The position numbers and the translations under genes were made by a program. From Candidatus Spyradenecus sp. (GTDB lineage Bacteria > Verrucomicrobiota > Kiritimatiellia > RFP12 > DVOR01), in contig JAZUPT010000005.1 of the NCBI GenBank assembly GCA_045605345.1, forward strand, positions 11,483 through 75,482: a DNA stretch of 64,000 nt, in the 5' to 3' direction. Below the pieces are notes generated by a model that was not told the DNA's origin, did not search any database, and saw only the letters and a list, made by a program, of their open reading frames with translations. The first letter of the stretch is position 1. Every line of letters starts with the position of its first letter. This document shows, piece by piece, positions 36,293 through 46,163 of the stretch.

Positions 36293-37564
36293 ATGCGGAA
36301 GATTGTCGTCTCTTTAATTCTTTTGGCGCTCATCGGCGGCGGCATTTGGTGGTATCGCAACCGTCCCAAACCTGTTCAAGCAGAAATTGCCTATAAAACT
36401 GAAGCCATCACACGCGGTCAAGCCGTTCAAACCATTTTGGCTACGGGCACGATTGAACCTGAGGATCTCATTGATATCGGCGCTCAGGTCACCGGCCAGA
36501 TTATGAAATTCGGCACGGACACCGAAGGGAAAGAGGTCGATTACTGCTCTGAAGTGCGCAAAGGGCAACTCCTCGCACGCATTGACGATGTCACTTACAA
36601 AGCAGAAGTCACCATCTCAAAGGCAAATCTCACCACCGCAAAGGCTCAGCTCGCAGGCGCACAAGCCGACACGGCACAGTTGAATGCCAAACTCCGTCAA
36701 GCTGAACGCGAATGGAAGCGCGCCCAACAAATGGGCGTGGGTGATGCCATCTCGCAAAAAGATTACGACGCCTATCTGAGTGCATATGAGGTCGCCGTGG
36801 CCAATCTGAAGGTAGGCGAAGCGAAAATTGAACAAGCAGAAGCGGCCATCGCACAAGCGCAAGCACAATTGGAAAAGGCGGAGCGCAACCTCTCCTACTG
36901 CGACATCCTCTCTACCGTTGATGGCATTATCATTGACCGCCGCGTCAATATCGGCCAGACCGTGACCGCTTCGATGAGCACGCCTTCGCTCTTCCTCGTG
37001 GCAAAAGACTTGCGAAAGATTGAAATTTGGGTCCCCGTCAACGAAGCAGACATCGGCGCCATCAAGGTGGGACAGCGCGTTCGATTCGCCGTTGATGCCT
37101 TCCCTGAAAAGGATTTTGAAGGTAAGGTCGCACGCATTCGCCTAAATGCCTCCATGAGTTCCAATGTGGTGACCTACACCGTTGAAGTCGCCACCGAAAA
37201 CCCTGATTCCCTTCTGCTCCCCTACCTCACAGCAAATGTGCAGTTTATCCTTGCTGAATCGCCGAAGGACGCCCTTCTTGTGCCAGCGGCGGCCTTACGT
37301 TGGCGGCCAACAGGGTGGGAACCTGCGGAGGGCGACGAACAAAAGTCCTACGTCTTCGTGCAAGATGAACAAGGTCACCCCGTCCCTGTGGAAGTTACTT
37401 GTGGCGTAAGCGATGATATCCATTCTGCCATCACCACCGACAAACTTGAGGTTGGCGACTCAGTCATCACGGGCACGCTGACGAAGATTGAAGTGCAGCA
37501 AGCCGCCGCCGCAGGCGAAAACCCCTTCATGCCCAAGCCTCCTCGGTGGGGTCGTCGCCGTTAA
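36293..37564 (+). CDS. Efflux membrane-fusion protein (HlyD/MacA family)
   Basis: N-terminal TM anchor, long coiled-coil (AQLAGAQADTAQLNAKLRQAEREW...) and beta-barrel/lipoyl-like domains. Confidence 0.8.
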   Translation: MRKIVVSLILLALIGGGIWWYRNRPKPVQAEIAYKTEAITRGQAVQTILATGTIEPEDLIDIGAQVTGQIMKFGTDTEGKEVDYCSEVRKGQLLARIDDVTYKAEVTISKANLTTAKAQLAGAQADTAQLNAKLRQAEREWKRAQQMGVGDAISQKDYDAYLSAYEVAVANLKVGEAKIEQAEAAIAQAQAQLEKAERNLSYCDILSTVDGIIIDRRVNIGQTVTASMSTPSLFLVAKDLRKIEIWVPVNEADIGAIKVGQRVRFAVDAFPEKDFEGKVARIRLNASMSSNVVTYTVEVATENPDSLLLPYLTANVQFILAESPKDALLVPAAALRWRPTGWEPAEGDEQKSYVFVQDEQGHPVPVEVTCGVSDDIHSAITTDKLEVGDSVITGTLTKIEVQQAAAAGENPFMPKPPRWGRRR

Positions 37565-37586
37565 TCTACTCGGCCAAAGGAGGCTT

Positions 37587-38294
37587 ATGACTACTCCATC
37601 CGCAGCGCCCGCGCTCATTGAATTGAAAAACCTCACCAAGAACTATCTTCTCGGCGATGTGGAAGTCCCTGTATTAAAGGGGATCTCTATGAAAATTCAC
37701 GAGGGGACACTTTTGGCCCTCATGGGCCCCTCGGGTGGCGGTAAATCAACGCTAATGAATATCCTTGGCTTCCTTGACACCCTCTCTGGAGGCCAATATC
37801 TGCTTGACGGAAAGGATGTCAGCACACTCTCCTCCAATGCTCGAGCAGACCTACGCAATGAGCGCATTGGCTTTGTCTTCCAAAACTTCAACCTCCTTGC
37901 GCGCACCTCTGCACTGAAAAACGTGATGATGCCCTTGGAGTACGCCAAAAACCGCCCCTCTCCCAAAGAACAACGCGCCTGGGCTGAACACCTTTTAGAG
38001 CGCGTAGGGCTCAAAGAACGCATGGATCACCACCCCTCTCAAATGAGTGGCGGCCAGCAACAACGCGTCGCCATCGCACGTGCATTAGTCAATCGCCCAA
38101 AGATTCTGTTCGCAGACGAGCCCACGGGCAACCTTGACTCCAAAACTTCAGAAGAAGTCTTGCACATGTTCCAGGAGCTAAATGCGAAGGAAGGCATCAC
38201 CATCGTTTTAGTCACCCACTCCCCCGAAGTGGGCGCTTTCGCCAAAGAAGCTTACCACATTAAAGATGGCCTCATGGTTGACGGCACCTATTAA
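37587..38294 (+). CDS. ABC transporter ATP-binding protein (MacB/LolD-like)
   Basis: Walker A GPSGGGKST, signature LSGGQQQRVAIARAL, Walker B ILFADEPTGNLD. ATG at 37587 preferred over the overlapping track start. Confidence 0.85.
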   Translation: MTTPSAAPALIELKNLTKNYLLGDVEVPVLKGISMKIHEGTLLALMGPSGGGKSTLMNILGFLDTLSGGQYLLDGKDVSTLSSNARADLRNERIGFVFQNFNLLARTSALKNVMMPLEYAKNRPSPKEQRAWAEHLLERVGLKERMDHHPSQMSGGQQQRVAIARALVNRPKILFADEPTGNLDSKTSEEVLHMFQELNAKEGITIVLVTHSPEVGAFAKEAYHIKDGLMVDGTY

Positions 38295-38308
38295 GTCTGC
38301 CAAGGGGA

Positions 38309-39691
38309 ATGAACCACATGAATTTACTACGACAAATCTTGACAGCCTTCGTCTCACTCCGACGCAACGTCTTGCGTTCACTGCTCACAATGTTGGGCAT
38401 TGTCATTGGCGTGGGCGTCGTGATTACCATGATGGAAATCGGCGCAGGTGCGGCGAAATCAATCAAGAGCTCCATCTCCAACATGGGTACCAACGTCATG
38501 ATGATTTGGCCCTCGGCCGTCAAGACCTCCGGCATCAGCTCTGGTGCGGGCGGTTCTGTGACCTTAACCGAGGCCGACTGCGCAGCCATCGCAGCCGAAT
38601 GCCTCTCCGTTGAAGCCGCCTCTCCTACCCTTTCACGTCGTGGCATCCAAGCCATCGCGGGCAACCGCAACTGGACGCCCTTTACGGTCTATTCAGGCAA
38701 TGAGGACTACTTCATCGTCCAATCGTGGAAGACGCCCGAAAGTGGTCGTTACTTCACCAAACGCGAAGTCGACACCGCCGCCTGCGTCTGCGTCATCGGC
38801 CAAACCGTTAAAGAAGAACTCTTCCCCGGCGAAAATCCGGTCGGGCGCGACTTACGCCTCAATAGCGTCCTCTTCAAGGTAATTGGCGTCCTCCCCCGAA
38901 AAGGTGCCAATATGATGGGCATGGACCAGGACGATACCGTGGTGGTCCCTTGGCGCACCATGCGCAATCGCCTTTCGCGTTCGGGCTCCTCTGCCACAGG
39001 TGCAGGGGCAGTCTCTTCTACGACCTCATCCACCTCAACGACGAGCTCTGTTTACCCAGAAAACACCACCTCCATCTATCCTGCTCGCGACAGTGTACAA
39101 GCGAAAAACTATCCATTACCTGTTCGCTTTAACAATATTGACCAGATTACCTGTTCGGCGAAATCACCCGAACAGGTCGCCGACGCAATGCGCCAGATTA
39201 CCGAGGTCCTTCGTCGCAGACATCACATCGCACCTGGTATGCCCAATGACTTCCAAATTCGCGACATGTCAGAAATGTTGAAAACGATGACCTCCACGAG
39301 CGGTTTGATGACCTCACTCTTATTGATTGTCGCGCTCCTCTCACTCGTTGTCGGCGGCGTGGGCATCATGAATATCATGTTGGTCAGCGTCACCGAACGT
39401 ACCCGTGAAATCGGCTTACGCATGGCAGTGGGAGCACGTGGGTCGCGCATCCTTTCCCAATTCCTCACCGAGTCCGTGCTGCTCTGTTTTATGGGCGGGC
39501 TTGTTGGCATTGGTGCAGGACGATGCGCCTCAATTGTCATTGCCAAAGTGCTCCACTGGCCGGTTAGTGTCTCGCTCAATGCCATCCTGCTTTCCGCGGG
39601 CATCTCTGCCGCCATTGGTGTGGTCTTCGGCTTTTACCCCGCATGGCGTGCAAGCCGTCTCAACCCCATTGATGCCCTTCGTCACGAATAA
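38309..39691 (+). CDS. ABC transporter permease, FtsX/MacB family
   Basis: MacB-type periplasmic domain followed by the FtsX C-terminal four-TM region (...[25 protein letters not shown]...). Confidence 0.8.
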   Translation: MNHMNLLRQILTAFVSLRRNVLRSLLTMLGIVIGVGVVITMMEIGAGAAKSIKSSISNMGTNVMMIWPSAVKTSGISSGAGGSVTLTEADCAAIAAECLSVEAASPTLSRRGIQAIAGNRNWTPFTVYSGNEDYFIVQSWKTPESGRYFTKREVDTAACVCVIGQTVKEELFPGENPVGRDLRLNSVLFKVIGVLPRKGANMMGMDQDDTVVVPWRTMRNRLSRSGSSATGAGAVSSTTSSTSTTSSVYPENTTSIYPARDSVQAKNYPLPVRFNNIDQITCSAKSPEQVADAMRQITEVLRRRHHIAPGMPNDFQIRDMSEMLKTMTSTSGLMTSLLLIVALLSLVVGGVGIMNIMLVSVTERTREIGLRMAVGARGSRILSQFLTESVLLCFMGGLVGIGAGRCASIVIAKVLHWPVSVSLNAILLSAGISAAIGVVFGFYPAWRASRLNPIDALRHE

Positions 39692-39708
39692 TTTTCTCGG
39701 AATCCACG

Positions 39709-40116
39709 ATGAACCCTCCTGAAGATTTGCTTAAAGCCGCACGTAATGCCGCAAAAAATGCCTACGCGCCCTACTCGCACTTTACCGTTGGTGCGGCCTT
39801 ACTGGCTGAAAGCGGGAAGATTTACACGGGATGCAACGTAGAAAATAGTTCCTACGGTCTCACCGTCTGCGCCGAACGCAATGCGCTCTTCGCCGCCATC
39901 GCCGCAGGCGAACGTCACTTTACGGCACTAGCGCTCAGCGCACCCAAAGCTGTCACCCCCTGTGGTGCCTGCAGACAAGTTTTGACCGAATTCTGCGATG
40001 CCACCCTGCCCGTCTTCATAACCGACCACGAGGCCACGCACACGTACACCGTAACGCTCGGCGACCTTTTCCCCTCTCCCTTCACCTTTAACGAACCTGG
40101 CAACACAATGCCCTAA
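39709..40116 (+). CDS. cdd: Cytidine deaminase
   Basis: CAERNA ... PCGACRQVL zinc-binding motifs; 135 aa. Confidence 0.85.
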   Translation: MNPPEDLLKAARNAAKNAYAPYSHFTVGAALLAESGKIYTGCNVENSSYGLTVCAERNALFAAIAAGERHFTALALSAPKAVTPCGACRQVLTEFCDATLPVFITDHEATHTYTVTLGDLFPSPFTFNEPGNTMP

Positions 40117-40140
40117 TCTGCCTCGCGGCGCTTACTTAAA

Positions 40141-41916
40141 ATGCATATAACTGTTGCCGAATCTCCCATCACACCCCCTTGGCAAGCCGCCCCAGCACCA
40201 GACTCGGCGTTGTTGGAGGCTGTGTACCAAGAGGCTATACACGCGCATCTCAATCTCCACCCCGCAGTCGCCCGTATCGCTGCCCGACGCATCTCCTCCG
40301 TGGCAGAGATTGAGACGTGGCTTAATCCCTTGCGCGCGCCCTTTTGCAACCCTACGCAAATTCATGATGTCGACCTCGCCGTAACACGTCTGCGACACGC
40401 CATTCAGGCCCACCAAAGTATTCTCGTTTTCGGCGACTATGACACCGATGGCATCACCGCCACGGCGTTAATGACGCAAGCCCTTCGTCAATGCGGTGCG
40501 CGTGTTACCGCTTTCATCCCCGATCGCGAACGCGAAGGCTATGGGCTTACGCCGGCAGCAATTGAACGTTGCCTTAACGAAAATCCTAAGCCTGACTTAC
40601 TTGTCACCGTGGACTGTGGCATCTCATGCGTTGATGAGGTCACCTCCCTCAATCAACTCGGCATTGAGGTCATCATCACCGACCACCACGTCCCCCCAGA
40701 ACAATTGCCCCCGGCGCATGCAATCGTCAATCCCCGCTTAGGCGCGCCCAAAGGCGCCGAAAATATGTGTGGGTGCGCCACCGCACATGCGCTTATCCGT
40801 GCACTCGCCGTCCATTTCCCCGCATGTGACCATCGCCTTTTCCTTGATTTGGTCGCCATCGCAACCATTGCAGATGTCATGCCACTCACTGGTGAAAACC
40901 GTTCACTCGTGACCAAAGGGCTTTCGATCCTCAGCAAATACCAAAATGGCAATCCTGGGCTCCATGCCCTTGCCGAAGTGCATAACCTCAAATTTGCCGA
41001 ACTTACAGCCGAGCAGCTCGCCTTCAAGTTGATTCCTTGCATCAATGCCGCGAGCCGCATTGGCAACTGTGCCTGCGCCTGCACCCTCATCAATCTCAGC
41101 CCACCCGCTAAGTGGTCTGTACAATCAGACGCACTCAAGCAAGCTTGCCGTCAGGCGGCAAATGAGTTGAAAGCCGCCAACCAAGAACGGCGCGAGATTG
41201 AAGCCTACCTTCGCAATGTCATTGACAATCAAGCGCTTCCACAATTCAAAAATCTCATCTTTGCCGCGGGCACACGTGACGAAGGTTTCCATCCAGGCGT
41301 CCTTGGGATTGTGGCGGCACGACTCTCCGAACAGTCAGGCGTGCCCGCAGTAGTTTGTTGCATCCAAGCAGATGGCAGTGGGTGTGGTTCGATTCGTTCA
41401 CGCGGCGGATGGCATGCGGTAAAAGCACTTGATACCGTCAGCGACCTCCTCGCCCACTATGGGGGCCATGCCGCCGCTTCGGGTTTTTCCCTCAAACCCG
41501 GTGCATTTGAAGCCTTCCGCGAACGTTTCCCCAAGGCGTTTGAAGCGGGGCAAGTTGAAGCAGAACCCATCACCTACGATGAAAGCCTTGACTGTGTCAT
41601 TGACGAAGGGCTTTTGAACTCCTTGGACCTACTCGAACCCTTTGGGAATGGCAATCCCAAGCCCGTCTTCGCCAAAACATTTATCCTCAACACCCATCGC
41701 AACATTGGGGCAGATAAGACCCATCTTGATCTCACCCTACGCGATCCCGCACGGCAAGGGCCTGGCTTTACCCGTGCTGTTTGGTTTGGCGCCGCCCATC
41801 GTGCCTCTACATGGCAATCAGGCATGCGGTTGCGCCTTCTCTTTACCATCAGTCGCGACACCTACCACCCTAACGTGCCCTCCCTCCATCTCATCGACGC
41901 TCTCCCCCTCCCATAA
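40141..41916 (+). CDS. recJ: Single-stranded-DNA-specific exonuclease RecJ
   Basis: DHH motifs (VFGDYDTDGITA, ITDHH) and DHHA1 region; 591 aa. Confidence 0.85.
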   Translation: MHITVAESPITPPWQAAPAPDSALLEAVYQEAIHAHLNLHPAVARIAARRISSVAEIETWLNPLRAPFCNPTQIHDVDLAVTRLRHAIQAHQSILVFGDYDTDGITATALMTQALRQCGARVTAFIPDREREGYGLTPAAIERCLNENPKPDLLVTVDCGISCVDEVTSLNQLGIEVIITDHHVPPEQLPPAHAIVNPRLGAPKGAENMCGCATAHALIRALAVHFPACDHRLFLDLVAIATIADVMPLTGENRSLVTKGLSILSKYQNGNPGLHALAEVHNLKFAELTAEQLAFKLIPCINAASRIGNCACACTLINLSPPAKWSVQSDALKQACRQAANELKAANQERREIEAYLRNVIDNQALPQFKNLIFAAGTRDEGFHPGVLGIVAARLSEQSGVPAVVCCIQADGSGCGSIRSRGGWHAVKALDTVSDLLAHYGGHAAASGFSLKPGAFEAFRERFPKAFEAGQVEAEPITYDESLDCVIDEGLLNSLDLLEPFGNGNPKPVFAKTFILNTHRNIGADKTHLDLTLRDPARQGPGFTRAVWFGAAHRASTWQSGMRLRLLFTISRDTYHPNVPSLHLIDALPLP

Positions 41917-42036
41917 CCCAAACCGAAGCGCACACTTGAAGAAGAAGTGCGCCTAAATGGGACGATAATTGGCCATCCTCCGCAAACCTTCACGGCAGGG
42001 AATCTATTTCATTCGCAATAAACTGCTTGATTTTCA

Positions 42037-44211
42037 ATGTCTAAATTGAAAAAAATGCTTTTTTTTGCTACATTATACAGTATGAAACGTTTGCTATTTG
42101 TCTTTGCGACATTGCTCCCTGTTTTTGCGCTGGCACAGGTGAAGGATTTAGGCGCTTATAAACAACCGATTCCAATCACCGACAATGGTGATTTGCGTCG
42201 GCTTGATGCTGCTCTCTATGACTCGGGCTTTACCTTCAATGAAGATGTCCGCCAAGAGTATTTTGACCACTGCTTATTGTTGGTCACCCCACACTTGAAG
42301 TTTAGCGAAAAGACCTGGGACTGGTTGATTGAACACCCTGCGGTATTAAATGCGACCTTTGCTTTGGAATACCCGCCGAACCCCAATGTAGTCCATAACT
42401 TTGTCAAATTGGCGAAGTTGGTCGGCCCCGTGTATGCCGAAAAGTACCAACAACTCTTAATCGCTTTCGCCGTCAGATATCGCGACCAACGCCTCTTGGA
42501 CTCTTCCCTCTCGGCTGACCGTTACGGCATCATCAATAGCCGCAACTTCACTTGGGATCCCAAGCGAAAAGAGGAATTGGAGCAAGAGGTCTCGCGTCGC
42601 CAAGGGTGGTCTGTCAACCACGATGTTACCCCGCCTGCAGATGGCGCGCTTGCACGCGACTCCAATGGCTCCATCTATAAAGATGAATTGGAGAAGCAAC
42701 GTTGGATGCGCCAGCTGCACAGTCAGTTTGACCTCGGCAATGACAACGATGCCAAGCATACGGCAAATTGGTTGAAGAAGAATTCAAAGACCAAGATTTA
42801 TGAAATTATGTCCTTGTCTTCGCACGCGTTCTACGGCAAGACGGGCATTAAACTCTCAGAGGGGCGCGAACCCAAGCAGTTGCCCTGGGATAAGATTGCT
42901 CACGTGGCAGGACGTTATCCGCCGCGTATGGAAGGGGCGATTACAGATAATCTCTGCCTGCGCATTATGCGTTACGAAGAAAAAGGCGCCGAACGCTCCG
43001 GACTCTTCCCATTATCTAAGGCACCATGGCCACTTTTATTGCTCTTAACCCAAAAGGACCCCCTAGATGAATCCACCTATTGGTGGACGATGTACAAAGG
43101 GAAAGGCTCTGTGCCAGGTTATGCCACCTACTCTTTTGACTACACCAAACCTGAAATTCGCTATGCCGATGGTCCGTGGCACCCCGATGCCACTCCGCGC
43201 ATCTTGGCGGATGGTGGCGTGTGCGGTCGTTTGTCAACCATGGCCGAATTCGCCCAACGCTCCATCGGCACCCCCGCACAAGGCATGGGCCAGCCTGGCC
43301 ACCGCGCCTTCATGACCTATTCTTATCGCAATGGGAAATATTTTGCCGACATGCACCACTCGGTGGATACCATTGAGGTGTCGACAGTGGGGTGGTTGTT
43401 GCCGCCGATCTATGGCCCCGTGACGGATACACAAACGAAACTCACGGGCTTCCAAAAGATGACTGGAGGCAATAGTGACGCTTACCTGCGTGACAATATT
43501 CGTTGGCACATCGGCCTCTGCGAAGCAATGAACATTGGCTTGGAGGGATGGGAAGATTCGCGCATGGCGCTGCACATTCTTGATATGTACACGGCGGCAA
43601 GCGAAGACTGGAAGAATGCCTCCACGGCCCAACAAGAGGCCTTACTGCGTTCGGCAATGTTGAAAAACGCCGCGAATACCGACGTCATTTTCCGTTTGGC
43701 GGGCGCTCGTAAGGGAAATGCTTCGAAGATTCTTGACCTCATGCAGGGCTTCTGTAACTTCTTTGTTAGCGTCACGGATGGGTGCACTGGCGACAAGGCG
43801 CTGGCGCGAAATACTAACTTTGGCAACACGGAGGCGGGCGCAGACTTGACCGCTTTGCTCCGCAATAACTTCTCCACTGCTGGCAATCGCAATACGAAAA
43901 AAACCAAAAACGAATGGGCTTTATTCGTGCGCAATGCGATTTTTAAAGGCGCTTTCACCAACATCCCAGACGAAGGTGACCCGAAGTACGCACATAGTCG
44001 TATTGAATGGGTGCGCGATAAAAACGCCTATGCCAAAGCTGTCGCAGAGGAGTTGAAGTACCAAAAGCGTCTCAAAGACTCACCCTTCCTCGCAGACGTC
44101 CAACAATTGAATGACAAATATGACAAAGTTCGCCTCGCAGGTGAACAAGACCGGACGCGCAACGTGAAGGAAGAACGGCAACGTCGCGAAGCTGAAGAAA
44201 ACGCATGGTAA
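42037..44211 (+). CDS. Large secreted hypothetical protein (724 aa)
   Basis: Signal peptide (MKRLLFVFATLLPVFALAQ) and a Lys/Glu-rich coiled C-terminus. No recognizable family by eye. Start could be 42037 or 42082. Confidence 0.5.
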   Translation: MSKLKKMLFFATLYSMKRLLFVFATLLPVFALAQVKDLGAYKQPIPITDNGDLRRLDAALYDSGFTFNEDVRQEYFDHCLLLVTPHLKFSEKTWDWLIEHPAVLNATFALEYPPNPNVVHNFVKLAKLVGPVYAEKYQQLLIAFAVRYRDQRLLDSSLSADRYGIINSRNFTWDPKRKEELEQEVSRRQGWSVNHDVTPPADGALARDSNGSIYKDELEKQRWMRQLHSQFDLGNDNDAKHTANWLKKNSKTKIYEIMSLSSHAFYGKTGIKLSEGREPKQLPWDKIAHVAGRYPPRMEGAITDNLCLRIMRYEEKGAERSGLFPLSKAPWPLLLLLTQKDPLDESTYWWTMYKGKGSVPGYATYSFDYTKPEIRYADGPWHPDATPRILADGGVCGRLSTMAEFAQRSIGTPAQGMGQPGHRAFMTYSYRNGKYFADMHHSVDTIEVSTVGWLLPPIYGPVTDTQTKLTGFQKMTGGNSDAYLRDNIRWHIGLCEAMNIGLEGWEDSRMALHILDMYTAASEDWKNASTAQQEALLRSAMLKNAANTDVIFRLAGARKGNASKILDLMQGFCNFFVSVTDGCTGDKALARNTNFGNTEAGADLTALLRNNFSTAGNRNTKKTKNEWALFVRNAIFKGAFTNIPDEGDPKYAHSRIEWVRDKNAYAKAVAEELKYQKRLKDSPFLADVQQLNDKYDKVRLAGEQDRTRNVKEERQRREAEENAW

Positions 44212-44286
44212 GGCGACCCGTTTCGCCTACCTGCGTATCCTCGCCGCAAGTTTGTCCGAACCCGTTTTCCGGAAAGTTTAATTCGT

Positions 44287-45648
44287 ATGTTTTTTCTCCG
44301 TAAAAAGAATAAACCAACCATCATTCCTCGTTCAGAACACTCCCTCTCCCGACGTGACATTGATCCTGATGCACTCAAGGTGTTGTACCGATTAGCCTCT
44401 TTGAATCACGAAGCTTACCTCGTGGGAGGGAGCGTTCGAGACCTCTTATTAGGGCGAAAGCCGAAGGATTTTGACGTGGGCACCGATGCCCGCCCCAATG
44501 AAATCCGTCACATCTTCCGCAACTGCTTCCTCGTGGGCAAGCGCTTTCGTCTCGCCCATATCGTCTTTGGCAAAAAGGTGATTGAAACCGCCACCTTCCG
44601 TAAAGCGCCGGCACCCGATGCCGTCCAGGACGAACATGGTCTTTATCAGTATGAGGACAACACCTTCGGCACGCCGCAGGAAGATGCACTCCGTCGCGAT
44701 TTTACGGTAAATGGACTCTTTTATGACATTAAGACCTTCTCCATCATTGACTACGTTGGTGGCTTAAAGGATCTTAAGAACAAGACGATTCGTTCGATTG
44801 GTGACCCGTGCATCCGCTTCCAAGAGGATCCTGTCCGCATGATGCGTGCGGTGCGTTTTGCCGCGAAGCTCGGCTTTGAAGTCTGTTCGGCAGATATCAA
44901 GGCAATTCGCAAACACGCCGCAGGCTTAGCCAATGCGTCCACCTCGCGCCTCTGCGAAGAGGTGCAGCGCCTCTTTGTCCAGCAAGCCACCGAACGTTCA
45001 ATTCGCCTCGCCTACGATTATGGTCTGCTTGAAATCCTCCTTCCTTCGCTCCACCAATGGATGGCAACGAAGGCCGATAATCGCGAACAAGTCTGGCAGG
45101 CACTTCAAGCATTGGATACAGTGTCGGCAAAGCGTGAAACCACCAATGCCGTTGCCTTCGCAATGCTCTTCTACCCGATGGTCGCTGAAGCCGTGGAGCA
45201 ACTCCGCGCTCGCACACCCGCAGGAAAGCGCTTTAACACCTTCCATGCGCGCCGTCTCGCCGCAGAAAAAATACTCACCCCCTTGGTCAAGCACTATCGT
45301 TTCCCTCGTGCACTGTGGATGACGGCAGTCGACATTCTCGAACTCTCTGACCGCCTCACCCGCAAACCTGAACCTGCCTCTGGACGCGATATTCGCTTCA
45401 TCAACCACGGCATTTTCCCTGAGATTCTCTTGGGGGCCGAGGTCTTTAAAACCCTCTTCCCGTCGCGCACGTGGCAAATTGAAGCTTGGAAGGCGCTCTA
45501 CAAGAATGCCGGTCCCGTCGCACGTCAACAGCGTGAAGGCGACTTCGTGCCGCCGGCGAATCCTCATTCGCGCAAAGCGCGCCGTCGCCGTCCGCATAAG
45601 CGCCGCAAAAATCGTCAGGGTGACGCCCCACAGCAACCCTCCGCGTAA
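44287..45648 (+). CDS. pcnB: Poly(A) polymerase I / tRNA nucleotidyltransferase-family protein
   Basis: LVGGSVRDLLLGRKPKDFDVGTDA head-domain motif; basic Arg/Lys-rich C-terminal tail as in PcnB; 453 aa. Confidence 0.65.
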   Translation: MFFLRKKNKPTIIPRSEHSLSRRDIDPDALKVLYRLASLNHEAYLVGGSVRDLLLGRKPKDFDVGTDARPNEIRHIFRNCFLVGKRFRLAHIVFGKKVIETATFRKAPAPDAVQDEHGLYQYEDNTFGTPQEDALRRDFTVNGLFYDIKTFSIIDYVGGLKDLKNKTIRSIGDPCIRFQEDPVRMMRAVRFAAKLGFEVCSADIKAIRKHAAGLANASTSRLCEEVQRLFVQQATERSIRLAYDYGLLEILLPSLHQWMATKADNREQVWQALQALDTVSAKRETTNAVAFAMLFYPMVAEAVEQLRARTPAGKRFNTFHARRLAAEKILTPLVKHYRFPRALWMTAVDILELSDRLTRKPEPASGRDIRFINHGIFPEILLGAEVFKTLFPSRTWQIEAWKALYKNAGPVARQQREGDFVPPANPHSRKARRRRPHKRRKNRQGDAPQQPSA

Positions 45649-45704
45649 GGAACTCCACGATTCCCCCTCCCTTCGTCTCTCCCTCCCTTTAGGTTACTCC
45701 CTCT

Positions 45705-46163
45705 ATGAAACTCTACCTCGTCCGCCACGGCGCCTACCGTTCTGACTACACGTCAGAGCGTGGCCCTGGGCTCTCTTCCCGCGGCGAAGAGCAGGCAGAT
45801 GCCGTGGGGCGCTTCCTCCGTGCGCAACGCGCAGTTCCCGAAGTGCTCATCACGAGTGGTTATCTTCGTGCTCAGGAAACTGCCACACACATCTTAGCGC
45901 AACTCAATATCACACTTGATCCTGTGGAATCGCATGACTTTTCCCCCTCGGGTGACCCCGATACAATGCGTGCGATTATTGAATCCTTGGCTGCAAAAGA
46001 GGTCTTAGTGGTTGGACACATGACCTCAATCGGCGAATTGGCGCATGCACTTCACTTCCAAGCGCCCCCTTACTTTGACACCTGCACCGTCATGGCCTTT
46101 GAGTTTGACGGGCAAAAATGGAAATTTCTTTGGTTCAATGATTGCGGAAGGTCCGTGTTATGA
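45705..46163 (+). CDS. Histidine phosphatase family protein (SixA-like)
   Basis: MKLYLVRHGA RHG catalytic motif; ~150 aa. Confidence 0.6.
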   Translation: MKLYLVRHGAYRSDYTSERGPGLSSRGEEQADAVGRFLRAQRAVPEVLITSGYLRAQETATHILAQLNITLDPVESHDFSPSGDPDTMRAIIESLAAKEVLVVGHMTSIGELAHALHFQAPPYFDTCTVMAFEFDGQKWKFLWFNDCGRSVL

